Source: a virus (lineage: Duplodnaviria; Caudoviricetes). From it: a DNA stretch of 64,000 bases. Within the stretch, counting starts at the first letter, position 1; each line of letters starts with the position of its first letter. The position numbers and the translations under genes were made by a program. The stretch covers positions 1 through 64,000 of IMG/VR virus record IMGVR_UViG_2799112742_000018. One strand, written 5' to 3'. Below, in pieces: positions 20,701-29,954 of the stretch. Under the pieces are notes generated by a model that ran no database searches, had not been told where the DNA came from, and saw only the letters and a list, made by a program, of their open reading frames with translations.

Positions 20701-23601
20701 CTCCTCACCTATCTCATACTCGGCAATAACCCGATGATATGAATTATAAACATTGACCGCAGTAATCTCTTCATCGAAAGAATCACCAGTGTCATTACTG
20801 AACTCTATTGAATCGCCAGCGCTGATAGGAAAGCTGGAGCCAATATACTCCAGACATTCCTTTACTGACTTGAACCTTCTATCTGCACTCATACACTTAA
20901 TCTCCATTGTTTAGTAAGTACCATGCCTCATTCAGCATATCAAGGAAGATCTTCAGTTCATCCTTAGTAGGTGCAAATGGCTTCTCGAATATGTACCAGC
21001 ATGACTCAGACAAGCCAGTACAATCGTCATTGCTGATGGATATATAAGAACCATTCTTGCTGTTCTTTATCTTTGTAATGTACTCATAGTTCTCTCCGAT
21101 ACGCTGAACCTTTATTGAGAATACCATAGGGAGAACAGCCATCACGTATTTCTGAATGACAGCTACCGAGAACTCATCCATCATGTCATAGCATTCATCC
21201 TCGATTATCTCCTCAACCCACTTCTTGTATTTCTTTGCCTCTTTTGGTGTCATAGTTATTTACCCTTTAGTTTGTTGTTGTATTCGTTGATAATTTCTTC
21301 AACCACATCAAATGAAACGAGCCTTGTAAATCGCTCATTCTTTTTTGTGTCCGAATAAACTACACACATTGCCTTATTGGAATTTGCAACCCACATGAAT
21401 CTGATGTATGGATTCTTATACATCTTGGTAAGTTTTTCAATAACCTCCTCAAGTTTCTTCTCATCAACCTTATGGGCAGCCATTCCCTTAACCAACATGT
21501 AAGCATTATAGTTTGTGTACTTTGCAATTTTGTTTGTCATAATTACAATGCTTTAATCGTTTAACTTATGCCAACATGTGATACACACTCCTCCATATCT
21601 AATGTATTGTACATCACCGATTGGCTTTCCACATTCCATGCAGGATGATTTTTTACGAATATCTGATAGTTTTGTCATAATCACTCCTCCTCATTATCGG
21701 TTTCCTCTTCCTCATCATCCTCATCGTCTTCTCCGATTTCATCTACCCAGATGTTCCAGAGGTCATCAGTGTCTTCCCATTCTTCATCCCAGTCGAAATC
21801 ATCTTCAACCCACTTAACGAATGTCTCATCGAACCCCTTGTCTCTCAATGTATCAACGAGGAAATCCTTGAAACCATCCTTGTACCAGTCACTTGTTACA
21901 AAGTAATTGGTCATGTCTGATGGGTAGATATTTTCAGTCGGATCATTGTATGAATCAACATACCCATATCCATTAAGCTGACAATAACTGTCCTGTTCAC
22001 GATAGCTTGAACTGAAGCTGTTCCATATCTCCAATGCTGTCCTTCCTTCAGTTGGGACAAGCATATCAATATTGTCTTCAGTATTCTCAAGTATCTTCTC
22101 GTAACCATTTTCTTCAGCATACTCATTATAAAGCTGGACAAGTTCTTCCTCATCCATATTCTCCATGAACTCAATCATGAGATCGTCTCTGTTCATTGCT
22201 TCCATATTTATTCCTCCATGTTTTAGTTATTATTACTCTTCTACAAAGAAAAATGACTGCTTCAACATCAGTTCCTTACTCAGGCTATCATCATACTTGA
22301 CAACAATATATGGAACCACGTCTTGCTCTTTCAGTCTATTTACAAGCTCATTGTATATCTTATCATTTCCACCGAAGAACTTATGTATTTCCCAGTAGAT
22401 ATGATTTCTCTGATATGTACAAGTACATGCAGCTCCATTTATGAAGCCAGTAAGTGTGTTTCCTGAGCAAGTGCAATTGCAGTCATCGAAAATCTCTTCA
22501 ATCCAATCTGATGTAATATTCTTTTCATCAATTGGAGCTGGAACAAGCTTCTTTTCCATAGCTATTCCTCCTCATCTTCAAAGCCAAACTTCATCTCATC
22601 TGAGTAGTTCTCCATAACCCAGGAGATAAGCTTCATCCTATTGGCTGTTCCCAGTCTGCTATAGAAACGAGACATATAACTGTGTGGATCTTCAGTCATG
22701 GTTGCTTCCACCCACTTATCTACCATGTGTTGAGTAGGACAATCCCACTCAACCTCCAGTACGAACCTCGGTATGATTACATTCTTACCATCCACCTTAA
22801 CAGGCTTCTGTGAAAGCTGATAGTTCCATGAATGGTATATGAAACGATTGACACCAATCATCATCAACTCCATATCAGTATATTTCTTCATAGTTATCTC
22901 CTCCATATTTAGTAGTTACCGATTTCTTCCAATGTTCTCTCATCCAGGCCTTCCGATACTCTTTCCCAGCGTTCAGCCTCACTCTTGCAAGCTTTATAGA
23001 TCTTCATAGCTCTCATGCTATCGTCACTATATCCAAGCTCAGCACAGAAATCACTGAAATCTATTGAACATTTATAGCATGATGAGTCCAGATGGATTGA
23101 GCTGAGAATTGAACGTGCCATACCCTCATCTATATCAGTCTTACCTTTCCAAAAGTCATTCTGAGAGCCATACCATGTGACACTCATCTTACGGCCATTC
23201 TGAGGATTAGATACTGTGCATCTAAACTTGTTATGCACTCCAGCATGTTTCTTCTCCGCGTTTGGAAAAGGAACACCACTCTCTACCAATGTGGCTGTAA
23301 CATTCAGATACTCACCACTTTCAAATTTAATTTTCATAATTGTTTTGTTTTGATTGTTTGATTGTTATTGTTTTGATTATTTGCTTTTTAATGCAAAATA
23401 CTCAGAAACTTTTATAGGAGAATTTTCAAAAGTAATGTCAAGATAGCACTCGTCATATAGACAAAGTGGCTCATATCCGTTTTCACTTTCAAGGTCTTCC
23501 CATTCACCATATTCGTCACAAGTTGGTTTGGCAACAAAAACATATAAAAAATTGTTTTCAATATTACGAGCAAACCACATTTCCATATTTTTATAATCCA
23601 T
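17754..23601 (-). other. Block of small early genes, several highly acidic
   Basis: Coupled minus-strand ORFs (17754-18086, 18522-18797, 18827-19231, 19250-19621, 19640-20035, 20897-21253, 22233-22559, 22562-22906, 22909-23337 etc.). Confidence 0.7.
21681..22205 (-). CDS. Very acidic protein, candidate DNA mimic/anti-restriction
   Basis: Very high D/E content, aromatic residues, acidic tail EDDEDDEEEETDNEEE. Confidence 0.6.
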   Translation of the reverse strand: MEAMNRDDLMIEFMENMDEEELVQLYNEYAEENGYEKILENTEDNIDMLVPTEGRTALEIWNSFSSSYREQDSYCQLNGYGYVDSYNDPTENIYPSDMTNYFVTSDWYKDGFKDFLVDTLRDKGFDETFVKWVEDDFDWDEEWEDTDDLWNIWVDEIGEDDEDDEEEETDNEEE

Positions 23602-23611
23602 AACATTTTCT

Positions 23612-25378
23612 TTATGCGTTAATAATTTTGTTCATAACTCTCTCCATCTCCACATAAGGTATCTGATGACAACCCGATGTTAAGATGTCATTCTCATAAG
23701 ATGAAATCGTATATTTACCGCTACTCAGTGTGTTAATCTCACATGATTTGAAAGACGATGGATCATTGTGCCATTTCTGAACAATCTTCCACATCTTCTT
23801 GCATTTCTCCACAGGAATACTGATGTGCTTACTTGTCTCAATAGCATTACCACTCAGACTGAGACGTAGCAATACATTACCGCCAAAGAAGAAGTCTGCA
23901 TCGTTATTGCTTTTATCCTCAGCAGTGCCAATTTCCATGAAATGATTGCGCCACAAGTCTCGACATCCTTCCAGTCCACGAGAAAGACATTCATTAATCT
24001 GTTCCTGCTTTATCTTCTGTCTGTACTCGATTTCACGCTTTCTTTCTTCCTCACGCTTGATTCTTGCAATCTCCTCAGCACGTATTCTTGCCTCACGATC
24101 AGCAAAATACTTTTCTTGGCGCTTAATGAAATCCGCACATAATGCGTACTCATCTTCAGTAGTATTCTCTACGAGGAAATCATCATCAACATACCGAACA
24201 CCATAATAATGGCTTGATGTTTCATTTGTATGTGCATTGATATTGCTCATTATCTCCATTGCCTTGAGATTATTTGCTACCTCACTACATTTGGCATAGA
24301 AGTTTACAAGCCACTCATTCTTATCCTTCGCATGTCTGAAATCTGTATAATCAAATTTTACATGATCATCACACCAATACACCCTTGTATATCCCTTATA
24401 TCTGAGGTTGTATTCTTCACCTGTAAACATGTTACGGACTACAAAAGGATTTCTCAGGGATTTGTCCCAAACTGAATGTTGCTGAGCATCACATCCAGTC
24501 ACCCACTTGAAGGCATTACACTCATTCTTGTAACGCTTGTCTTCCACCGCTTTTCGATTCTTTTCACTCTCCTGATAAACAAGTGCATTGAAGTGTAAGT
24601 CAAGTCGTTCCTTTGCTGAGAGCTTGCGAATGTCTCCAGCCTTGAATGGGGTAGGCATATACTTTGTCCCCCATTCTGACTCATAAGGAGATTGAATACC
24701 AATGCGATGGGCAAGCATGGTTATCTGCATTCTCTTCATTTCAGCCTTACGGAACCTCTCAGAATAAGCCATATAAGTTTTGAATGTGCCTACTCCGAAC
24801 AGATAATCAACAAGAGTCTCTACGTCACGCTCACCATTATAGAGCCTTACTGCAAGGTCTGCGTAGTACTCATGTCTGGGAAGCCACTTGATATACTTCT
24901 CAATTGTAGTGTCTTTGTAGAGACTACAAAGCTCCTCAACATACCTCCAAGCTGAGAAATCTACATTCTCCAGACCTTTACATTTGCCTCCATTGATGGC
25001 AGCAAGCTGATCATAAATACGTCCAATATAATGATTAATCATCACCATGCGATGCTCAAACTTAAAGTCTGAATCCTTATTAGCGTACTTACCAATAAGA
25101 TTACAATGACTCCAGTTATATCCATCACCAAGGTCAAGAGGAAATACATGGACATCTCCTGGGAATACTCCGCTATACAACTTATGCTTGTTTGAAGATT
25201 TACTTGTGCTACCATCAAAGATAGCGACAACTTTTTTCTCCACATCAAGCCACTGGCCGAACACTGTATAGTATGAGTAATAACATCTACCCTCATAACT
25301 TACATTGCCAGCCTTGATACTTCCATTCTTTCCTTCAAGTCGGTTAGCAAATCTATGCTTAATATCATCTCTATTCAT
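23612..25378 (-). CDS. Large hypothetical early protein (588 aa)
   Basis: Long ORF; YSYYTVF N-terminus, coiled coil, ETSKH..IP and GCHQIPY C-terminus. Confidence 0.8.
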   Translation of the reverse strand: MNRDDIKHRFANRLEGKNGSIKAGNVSYEGRCYYSYYTVFGQWLDVEKKVVAIFDGSTSKSSNKHKLYSGVFPGDVHVFPLDLGDGYNWSHCNLIGKYANKDSDFKFEHRMVMINHYIGRIYDQLAAINGGKCKGLENVDFSAWRYVEELCSLYKDTTIEKYIKWLPRHEYYADLAVRLYNGERDVETLVDYLFGVGTFKTYMAYSERFRKAEMKRMQITMLAHRIGIQSPYESEWGTKYMPTPFKAGDIRKLSAKERLDLHFNALVYQESEKNRKAVEDKRYKNECNAFKWVTGCDAQQHSVWDKSLRNPFVVRNMFTGEEYNLRYKGYTRVYWCDDHVKFDYTDFRHAKDKNEWLVNFYAKCSEVANNLKAMEIMSNINAHTNETSSHYYGVRYVDDDFLVENTTEDEYALCADFIKRQEKYFADREARIRAEEIARIKREEERKREIEYRQKIKQEQINECLSRGLEGCRDLWRNHFMEIGTAEDKSNNDADFFFGGNVLLRLSLSGNAIETSKHISIPVEKCKKMWKIVQKWHNDPSSFKSCEINTLSSGKYTISSYENDILTSGCHQIPYVEMERVMNKIINA

Positions 25379-25403
25379 AGTTTTATCTTTTTATTTGTTA
25401 GTA

Positions 25404-25757
25404 CTACTTTATCTTGTTTATTTTCTTATATGCTTGATATAACTTGCCGAGCGTGGACCACTTAACGTCAGTTCCGTTGCGTTTCAAAACATCTCCGTCT
25501 AAAACGTAAATATCTTTTACAGTTGTGCTGTATTCTCCTTTGCGAGACACAACAAACTTGTCCAATTTCTTGCGTGTTATGTGATCGGTGATTACGTCAA
25601 TGCAAATTTGTCTTGTGTATTTTTCGAGAATAGATCTTTGTCTATTATCTACTGCAAGGTCTTTCATGCAATCAATGATTGCGGGGACATCCTGCATTCT
25701 TACCGCATCTTCGAGACGCTTAATAAGGGCAATAATTCTATTGTATATTTCATCCAT
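25404..25757 (-). CDS. Hypothetical protein
   Basis: ORF with A-rich TIR. Confidence 0.6.
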   Translation of the reverse strand: MDEIYNRIIALIKRLEDAVRMQDVPAIIDCMKDLAVDNRQRSILEKYTRQICIDVITDHITRKKLDKFVVSRKGEYSTTVKDIYVLDGDVLKRNGTDVKWSTLGKLYQAYKKINKIK

Positions 25758-25851
25758 ATTTTTATATGTTTAATTGTCGGTTATTTTTTCAGTTCTGAAA
25801 GGGTGGGGTAGAGTCTTACAACTCCACCCCTATCAAACAAAACAATTACGA

Positions 25852-26193
25852 TTAATCCTTAACTGCGTAACGAACCATGTCATCAGCTATCTCTATTGTC
25901 TGTCCCATTTCAAGCTTTGTAATGGCTATGTCATAGTCAATACAATCATCAGATGGAACAACATTAAGCATGACGATATTCTCATCATTCACCCATATTC
26001 TCCCTACATTTACATACTGAAGAATACCTCCAAGTGTGGCACTTACACAGGGTTCATACCCCTTTTGCCACTCATACTTACCACCGACACTATCAAGCAC
26101 CTCTCTCAAGAGGTTTCTTGATTTTTCCTCAAGCTCCTTCTGAGCTATCTGAATGTCAGTTACTTCGCAAATAAAATCACATTGCTTACTCAT
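25852..26193 (-). CDS. Hypothetical protein
   Basis: ORF with A-rich TIR. Confidence 0.65.
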   Translation of the reverse strand: MSKQCDFICEVTDIQIAQKELEEKSRNLLREVLDSVGGKYEWQKGYEPCVSATLGGILQYVNVGRIWVNDENIVMLNVVPSDDCIDYDIAITKLEMGQTIEIADDMVRYAVKD

Positions 26194-26216
26194 ATATTTT
26201 AGTTTTTAGTTGTTAG

Positions 26217-27242
26217 TTACATTATTGCTTTCTCCATATTCATCAGAACATCTCCTGGAATGTCTCTTACATTTACATCTTCGCAAAAACAATCCACCCA
26301 TCCGAGACTGCTGTCACACTTTCTAATAACGGTCTGTCCGAATATATCATCCGTTACCTTAAAACAGTGAGGATGCCCGATGAATATCTTGCCTTTCAGC
26401 TTATCTATGTTGGTTTTTACTTTTTCGAGACGTTCCTCATACTCCTCTTCACGTCTTGCAATATATGAATCAATATTGTTCTTGGCCTCGGAAATCATGT
26501 AGTCAATTTCCTCATATCCATAATATCCCCAGCATGAATCAATCTGATCATCTTCCTCATCCTCAACAACCCAGCCATAGACATCGCCCCACAACCATGC
26601 TCCAATATACTTAGAACCAGCATCCATAGCTTCTTTTGCCACTTCCTTCCAGTCCTTTTCTTTCTCTACGCATAGGTTCTTGTCAGCCATTTTTTTGGTC
26701 ATGAAGGCAATACCCTTAACATAGTCACCCTGACAATATCCAGTAGAAGACCACTCATAAATAGCTATGTTATCAGCACACTTGTCAAGAATATCAATAA
26801 GTTCATCCCTATCCCTACTCTCAAGCATCTCCCAAAGATAATCGCCACTCTTGTATTCATCTGAAGTACAGGTGAATACCTCAATATATTTTTTACGATA
26901 CTCGCTCCACTCCTCAAATACCCATCTTCTGAGACTACGGTCATAATAAAGTTTCACATTTGAAATTTCATTCTTGAAATATTTATATACCTTGTCAAGA
27001 TTGGCATTGTTATTTATGAGGTTCATTATGGCATCATCAAGAGAATGGTTGTTGTCTCCATATTTACCATACACTTGCTTCCAATGACAATCATCACTCA
27101 GTCTGTGTACATCTGAATATTCCCACAGAAAAGCCCCACACATATCCCAACATTTAGTAGGGCAGTCTGGGTAATCCTCATACATGATTTTGATAGAGTA
27201 GCCTTTGTAAGACTCCTCTTTGTAAATTCTTTCTTCACTCAT
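26217..27242 (-). CDS. Acidic hypothetical phage protein
   Basis: DCPTKCWD, STGYCQGD, WLWGDVYG, DSCWGYYG motifs typical of phage/ICE early proteins. Confidence 0.75.
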   Translation of the reverse strand: MSEERIYKEESYKGYSIKIMYEDYPDCPTKCWDMCGAFLWEYSDVHRLSDDCHWKQVYGKYGDNNHSLDDAIMNLINNNANLDKVYKYFKNEISNVKLYYDRSLRRWVFEEWSEYRKKYIEVFTCTSDEYKSGDYLWEMLESRDRDELIDILDKCADNIAIYEWSSTGYCQGDYVKGIAFMTKKMADKNLCVEKEKDWKEVAKEAMDAGSKYIGAWLWGDVYGWVVEDEEDDQIDSCWGYYGYEEIDYMISEAKNNIDSYIARREEEYEERLEKVKTNIDKLKGKIFIGHPHCFKVTDDIFGQTVIRKCDSSLGWVDCFCEDVNVRDIPGDVLMNMEKAIM

Positions 27243-27275
27243 AGTTGTTAATTGTTTGTTTGATTGATAAATGAT

Positions 27276-27700
27276 AATCTGATTACTGATTAGTGTCTCA
27301 CTGTATCAAACAGATTTCACCATCTGACTCTGCGGCGTTATACGGGCTTATTGTAGCCAGTGAAACGCCGCACTCTCAGATGATATAATAAATATCATCA
27401 GTCCATCAGATTTATTTGACTCAGTTATTCAATTATTGGCTGGATTTTGCTTTAGTTGTCAGATTTCCAAGCTGGAGAATGAACCTGCCTTATGGCATGA
27501 TAAGGCTTGAGGCAGGTTCCTTTATCCAGCTTGATAAAGATTGCCAATCCATTGTTTTTAGTCCGATTATTGATTGGTGTCTTGCTTTAAGATTATGATT
27601 TAAGGAGATCAGAAGCACCTGTTCGCTTCAGGTGGAATATCCCCTGAAGTCGCACAGGTATCTTGTGATCTGCTTATAAAACTGTCATATCAATCCATCG
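27276..27700 (-). ncRNA. RT-associated structured ncRNA array, distal block (3 units: 27564-27700, 27430-27554, 27276-27412)
   Basis: Each unit has a terminal stem with GG/A bulge, a long variable hairpin and AAATCW-N6-TAMAG. Confidence 0.8.
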
Positions 27701-27725
27701 AACTGAAACTGACTGCTTGCTCAGT

Positions 27726-28829
27726 TTAGGCTCTTCTTGCTCTCTTTGCCTCAGCCCACTCAGCCATCTTCTTGTCAGGATCAATGTCGTTGTCATCAAG
27801 GAACTTCTTCAGCAACCCGAAGAGCCTCCACCCCTCTTCCTTGTACTCCTCAGCCTTAACATAGAGATACTTGATTGAATCTTCCTTACTCAGCTTGCGG
27901 CCATTGTCATCCCAAAGGAAGCAGCCTGAGAAGAGGATGAAATTCTCCATAGTGAAGAATGCTCCAGTGAACTTGTAGGAATTGATAAAGGCAGCGCTCA
28001 TCTTCTCGTCCCATCTTGGCTGATACTTCTTCACCAGCTTGTAGAACTCCGCAGCAGCCTTATATAGTCCTTGGGCATCGGTCTGCTTCTTGATATTTGC
28101 ATGAGCCAAAAGCATCGGCCTCATAACCTTGCTGTTGATTTCGTCACAGAAGACATTATTGCCGCGAATCTTTTTGTACTCCCTTCCCTTGCACTTGTGA
28201 ACCTCAACGTCCTTGATATACTCAGAAAGAGATGTAATGAAATCCTTAGCCATCTCAGCCACCGTAATCTTGTTATAGCCTCTGTTGTACTTGATATAGT
28301 TCTCCATATCAAGCCTTGCCAACTTAGCCTGGACACGAAGCTCCTCAACAGCGACCTTCCATGAATACATATAACCATGAGCTTGTATTCTGGCAGTAAA
28401 GTCGTAGTTGTACCTCTCATAGTAGTTGTTCTTGCTCATCATGTGCATGATCTGAGAGGCAATCCATCTGCGGAACAACCTACGCTCAGGGATAGCACCG
28501 TACTCAATGATAGCCTTGAAGATAGGATCGTCATCTGCTACTGGCTGAATGACTCCGTTCTCAAGCCTTACCACTGTATCACCACCATTTGCCCCATTCA
28601 TGGCAAACAGATTGTCCACGTTCACACCAGCAGCCTTCAGAGCTGCAATCTTCTCACTTGCTGTCTTCTTCATCTTGTTTGGTTTGTTACTTGTTTCTGC
28701 GGCTGGAAGGATGATTGTTCCCATTCCAGAGTCCTTGCCGATACACATTCCTGCTGCAAAATGCTCATGCTCAGGGATTGCGATTTCAGCTCCACAGTTA
28801 GGACACACCACTTTTGTCTCGTTCTTCAT
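27726..28829 (-). CDS. Hypothetical 367 aa protein embedded in the RT ncRNA array (N-terminal zinc ribbon)
   Basis: CPNCG..IPEHEH...C N-terminus; lies between the two array blocks. Confidence 0.8.
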   Translation of the reverse strand: MKNETKVVCPNCGAEIAIPEHEHFAAGMCIGKDSGMGTIILPAAETSNKPNKMKKTASEKIAALKAAGVNVDNLFAMNGANGGDTVVRLENGVIQPVADDDPIFKAIIEYGAIPERRLFRRWIASQIMHMMSKNNYYERYNYDFTARIQAHGYMYSWKVAVEELRVQAKLARLDMENYIKYNRGYNKITVAEMAKDFITSLSEYIKDVEVHKCKGREYKKIRGNNVFCDEINSKVMRPMLLAHANIKKQTDAQGLYKAAAEFYKLVKKYQPRWDEKMSAAFINSYKFTGAFFTMENFILFSGCFLWDDNGRKLSKEDSIKYLYVKAEEYKEEGWRLFGLLKKFLDDNDIDPDKKMAEWAEAKRARRA

Positions 28830-28856
28830 AATTGCTTTGTTTTTTAAGTTAATTGA

Positions 28857-29333
28857 TTATTGTTGTCTCGTAACCCATTCCTTCAGGATTACTAAATCTT
28901 TGTCTTCTTCACTCTGCCAGAACCACTTGCCCATATCCCACTCATCCCAGTATTTATCAAAAACTCCTGTGACAGCGTAATATAGAACAGTAAATTCAAG
29001 ACAGGCTTGCGCTTTGTCTCTCGGAATACCGAAAAGCATATCTTCTTCTGACAGTTCATGCTCCTTCAGTGCCTTGAAATAGTTTTTTCTCCTACTATTT
29101 GTCCGTTCTGAGGGGATGGAATACTTGTAATATGAGTAGGCTTCGTTGATATGCTTCAAGACTTGCTCCTTTGTTATCTCGCAATCTTCATAGCATCCCA
29201 ACTCACCCTCATACTTGCCATTATCCACCAACTTCTTGCCGTTGATTGTCAATGTTCTGTCTTTCAGTGAGATATGCCATTTTACTCCCGTAGAAGCTGC
29301 ATCCCATACTTGCTCAAAGATTGATTTTTCCAT
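28857..29333 (-). CDS. Hypothetical 158 aa protein embedded in the RT ncRNA array
   Basis: YKYSIPSER, KWFWQSEEDKDLVILKEW; lies between the two array blocks. Confidence 0.8.
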   Translation of the reverse strand: MEKSIFEQVWDAASTGVKWHISLKDRTLTINGKKLVDNGKYEGELGCYEDCEITKEQVLKHINEAYSYYKYSIPSERTNSRRKNYFKALKEHELSEEDMLFGIPRDKAQACLEFTVLYYAVTGVFDKYWDEWDMGKWFWQSEEDKDLVILKEWVTRQQ

Positions 29334-29349
29334 TTTATTTCAAAATTAA

Positions 29350-29933
29350 GGACACTCATAGTCTTGGCTGAGGCTTTATTTATCAGATCTTACCCTGGTG
29401 CATTGAAGGTTCCAGTGTATTTCACACTGGCCCCTTCCAATTGAGGAAACCAGGGGTGTGAATCCTATGACTCCTTGTGTCCGTTTACCATTCAGCTATG
29501 GCTCTGTATTGTCAGGTAGATTTAACTATATTTGATAGATTTAGACTGTATTATCCAGACTTAGAAGGATGTATTCACATACTCTTGAGTCTGGTATCAC
29601 ACAGTCTGTTAAACATATTGCTGACTCCATACGTTTTTGTATTGCTGGGTAGGCTTTTACTTTACTTACTTGATTTCATTGGATATTTCTCAGATGCTCA
29701 TCTCGTATTAATGAGATGAGCATCAGATTACAATATGTAATGAATAAATGCACCCAACTCCATACTAAAATGACTCTCAAAACATTGGCTAAAGCTTTAT
29801 CAATCAGATCTCTCCAGCTTACAAGATGACTTTCTTAGAGGCTGGCCTGCTCCGCGTCTTTGACGCGGGTGGCCGTCATCTGAAGAAGTCATATTTGAAG
29901 CGGGATTGTGAATGTCTTGTTTCTTGAGTCATT
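29350..29933 (-). ncRNA. RT-associated structured ncRNA array, proximal block (4 units: 29769-29933, 29639-29765, 29506-29632, 29350-29482)
   Basis: Terminal stems, long variable hairpins (e.g. perfect 12 bp GATGCTCATCTC/GAGATGAGCATC at 29693-29724), shared ARATCW-N6-TAWAG. Confidence 0.8.
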
Positions 29934-29954
29934 ACGTTTAGCTCCGTCCATTCA

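Noticed and set aside
27416-27598. Plus-strand 60 aa ORF (also 29477-29719)
   Set aside because: Antisense shadows lying across the hairpin units, against the direction of the whole arm
27468-29868. Restriction-site-like words in the hairpins (CTGAAG, ACCTGC, GCATC, GACGC, CTGGAG) as proof of a decoy function
   Set aside because: Short words occur by chance; needs host methylome and statistics
27276-29933. CRISPR array interpretation of the repeated units
   Set aside because: No identical direct repeats or cas genes; conservation is structural with only short motifs
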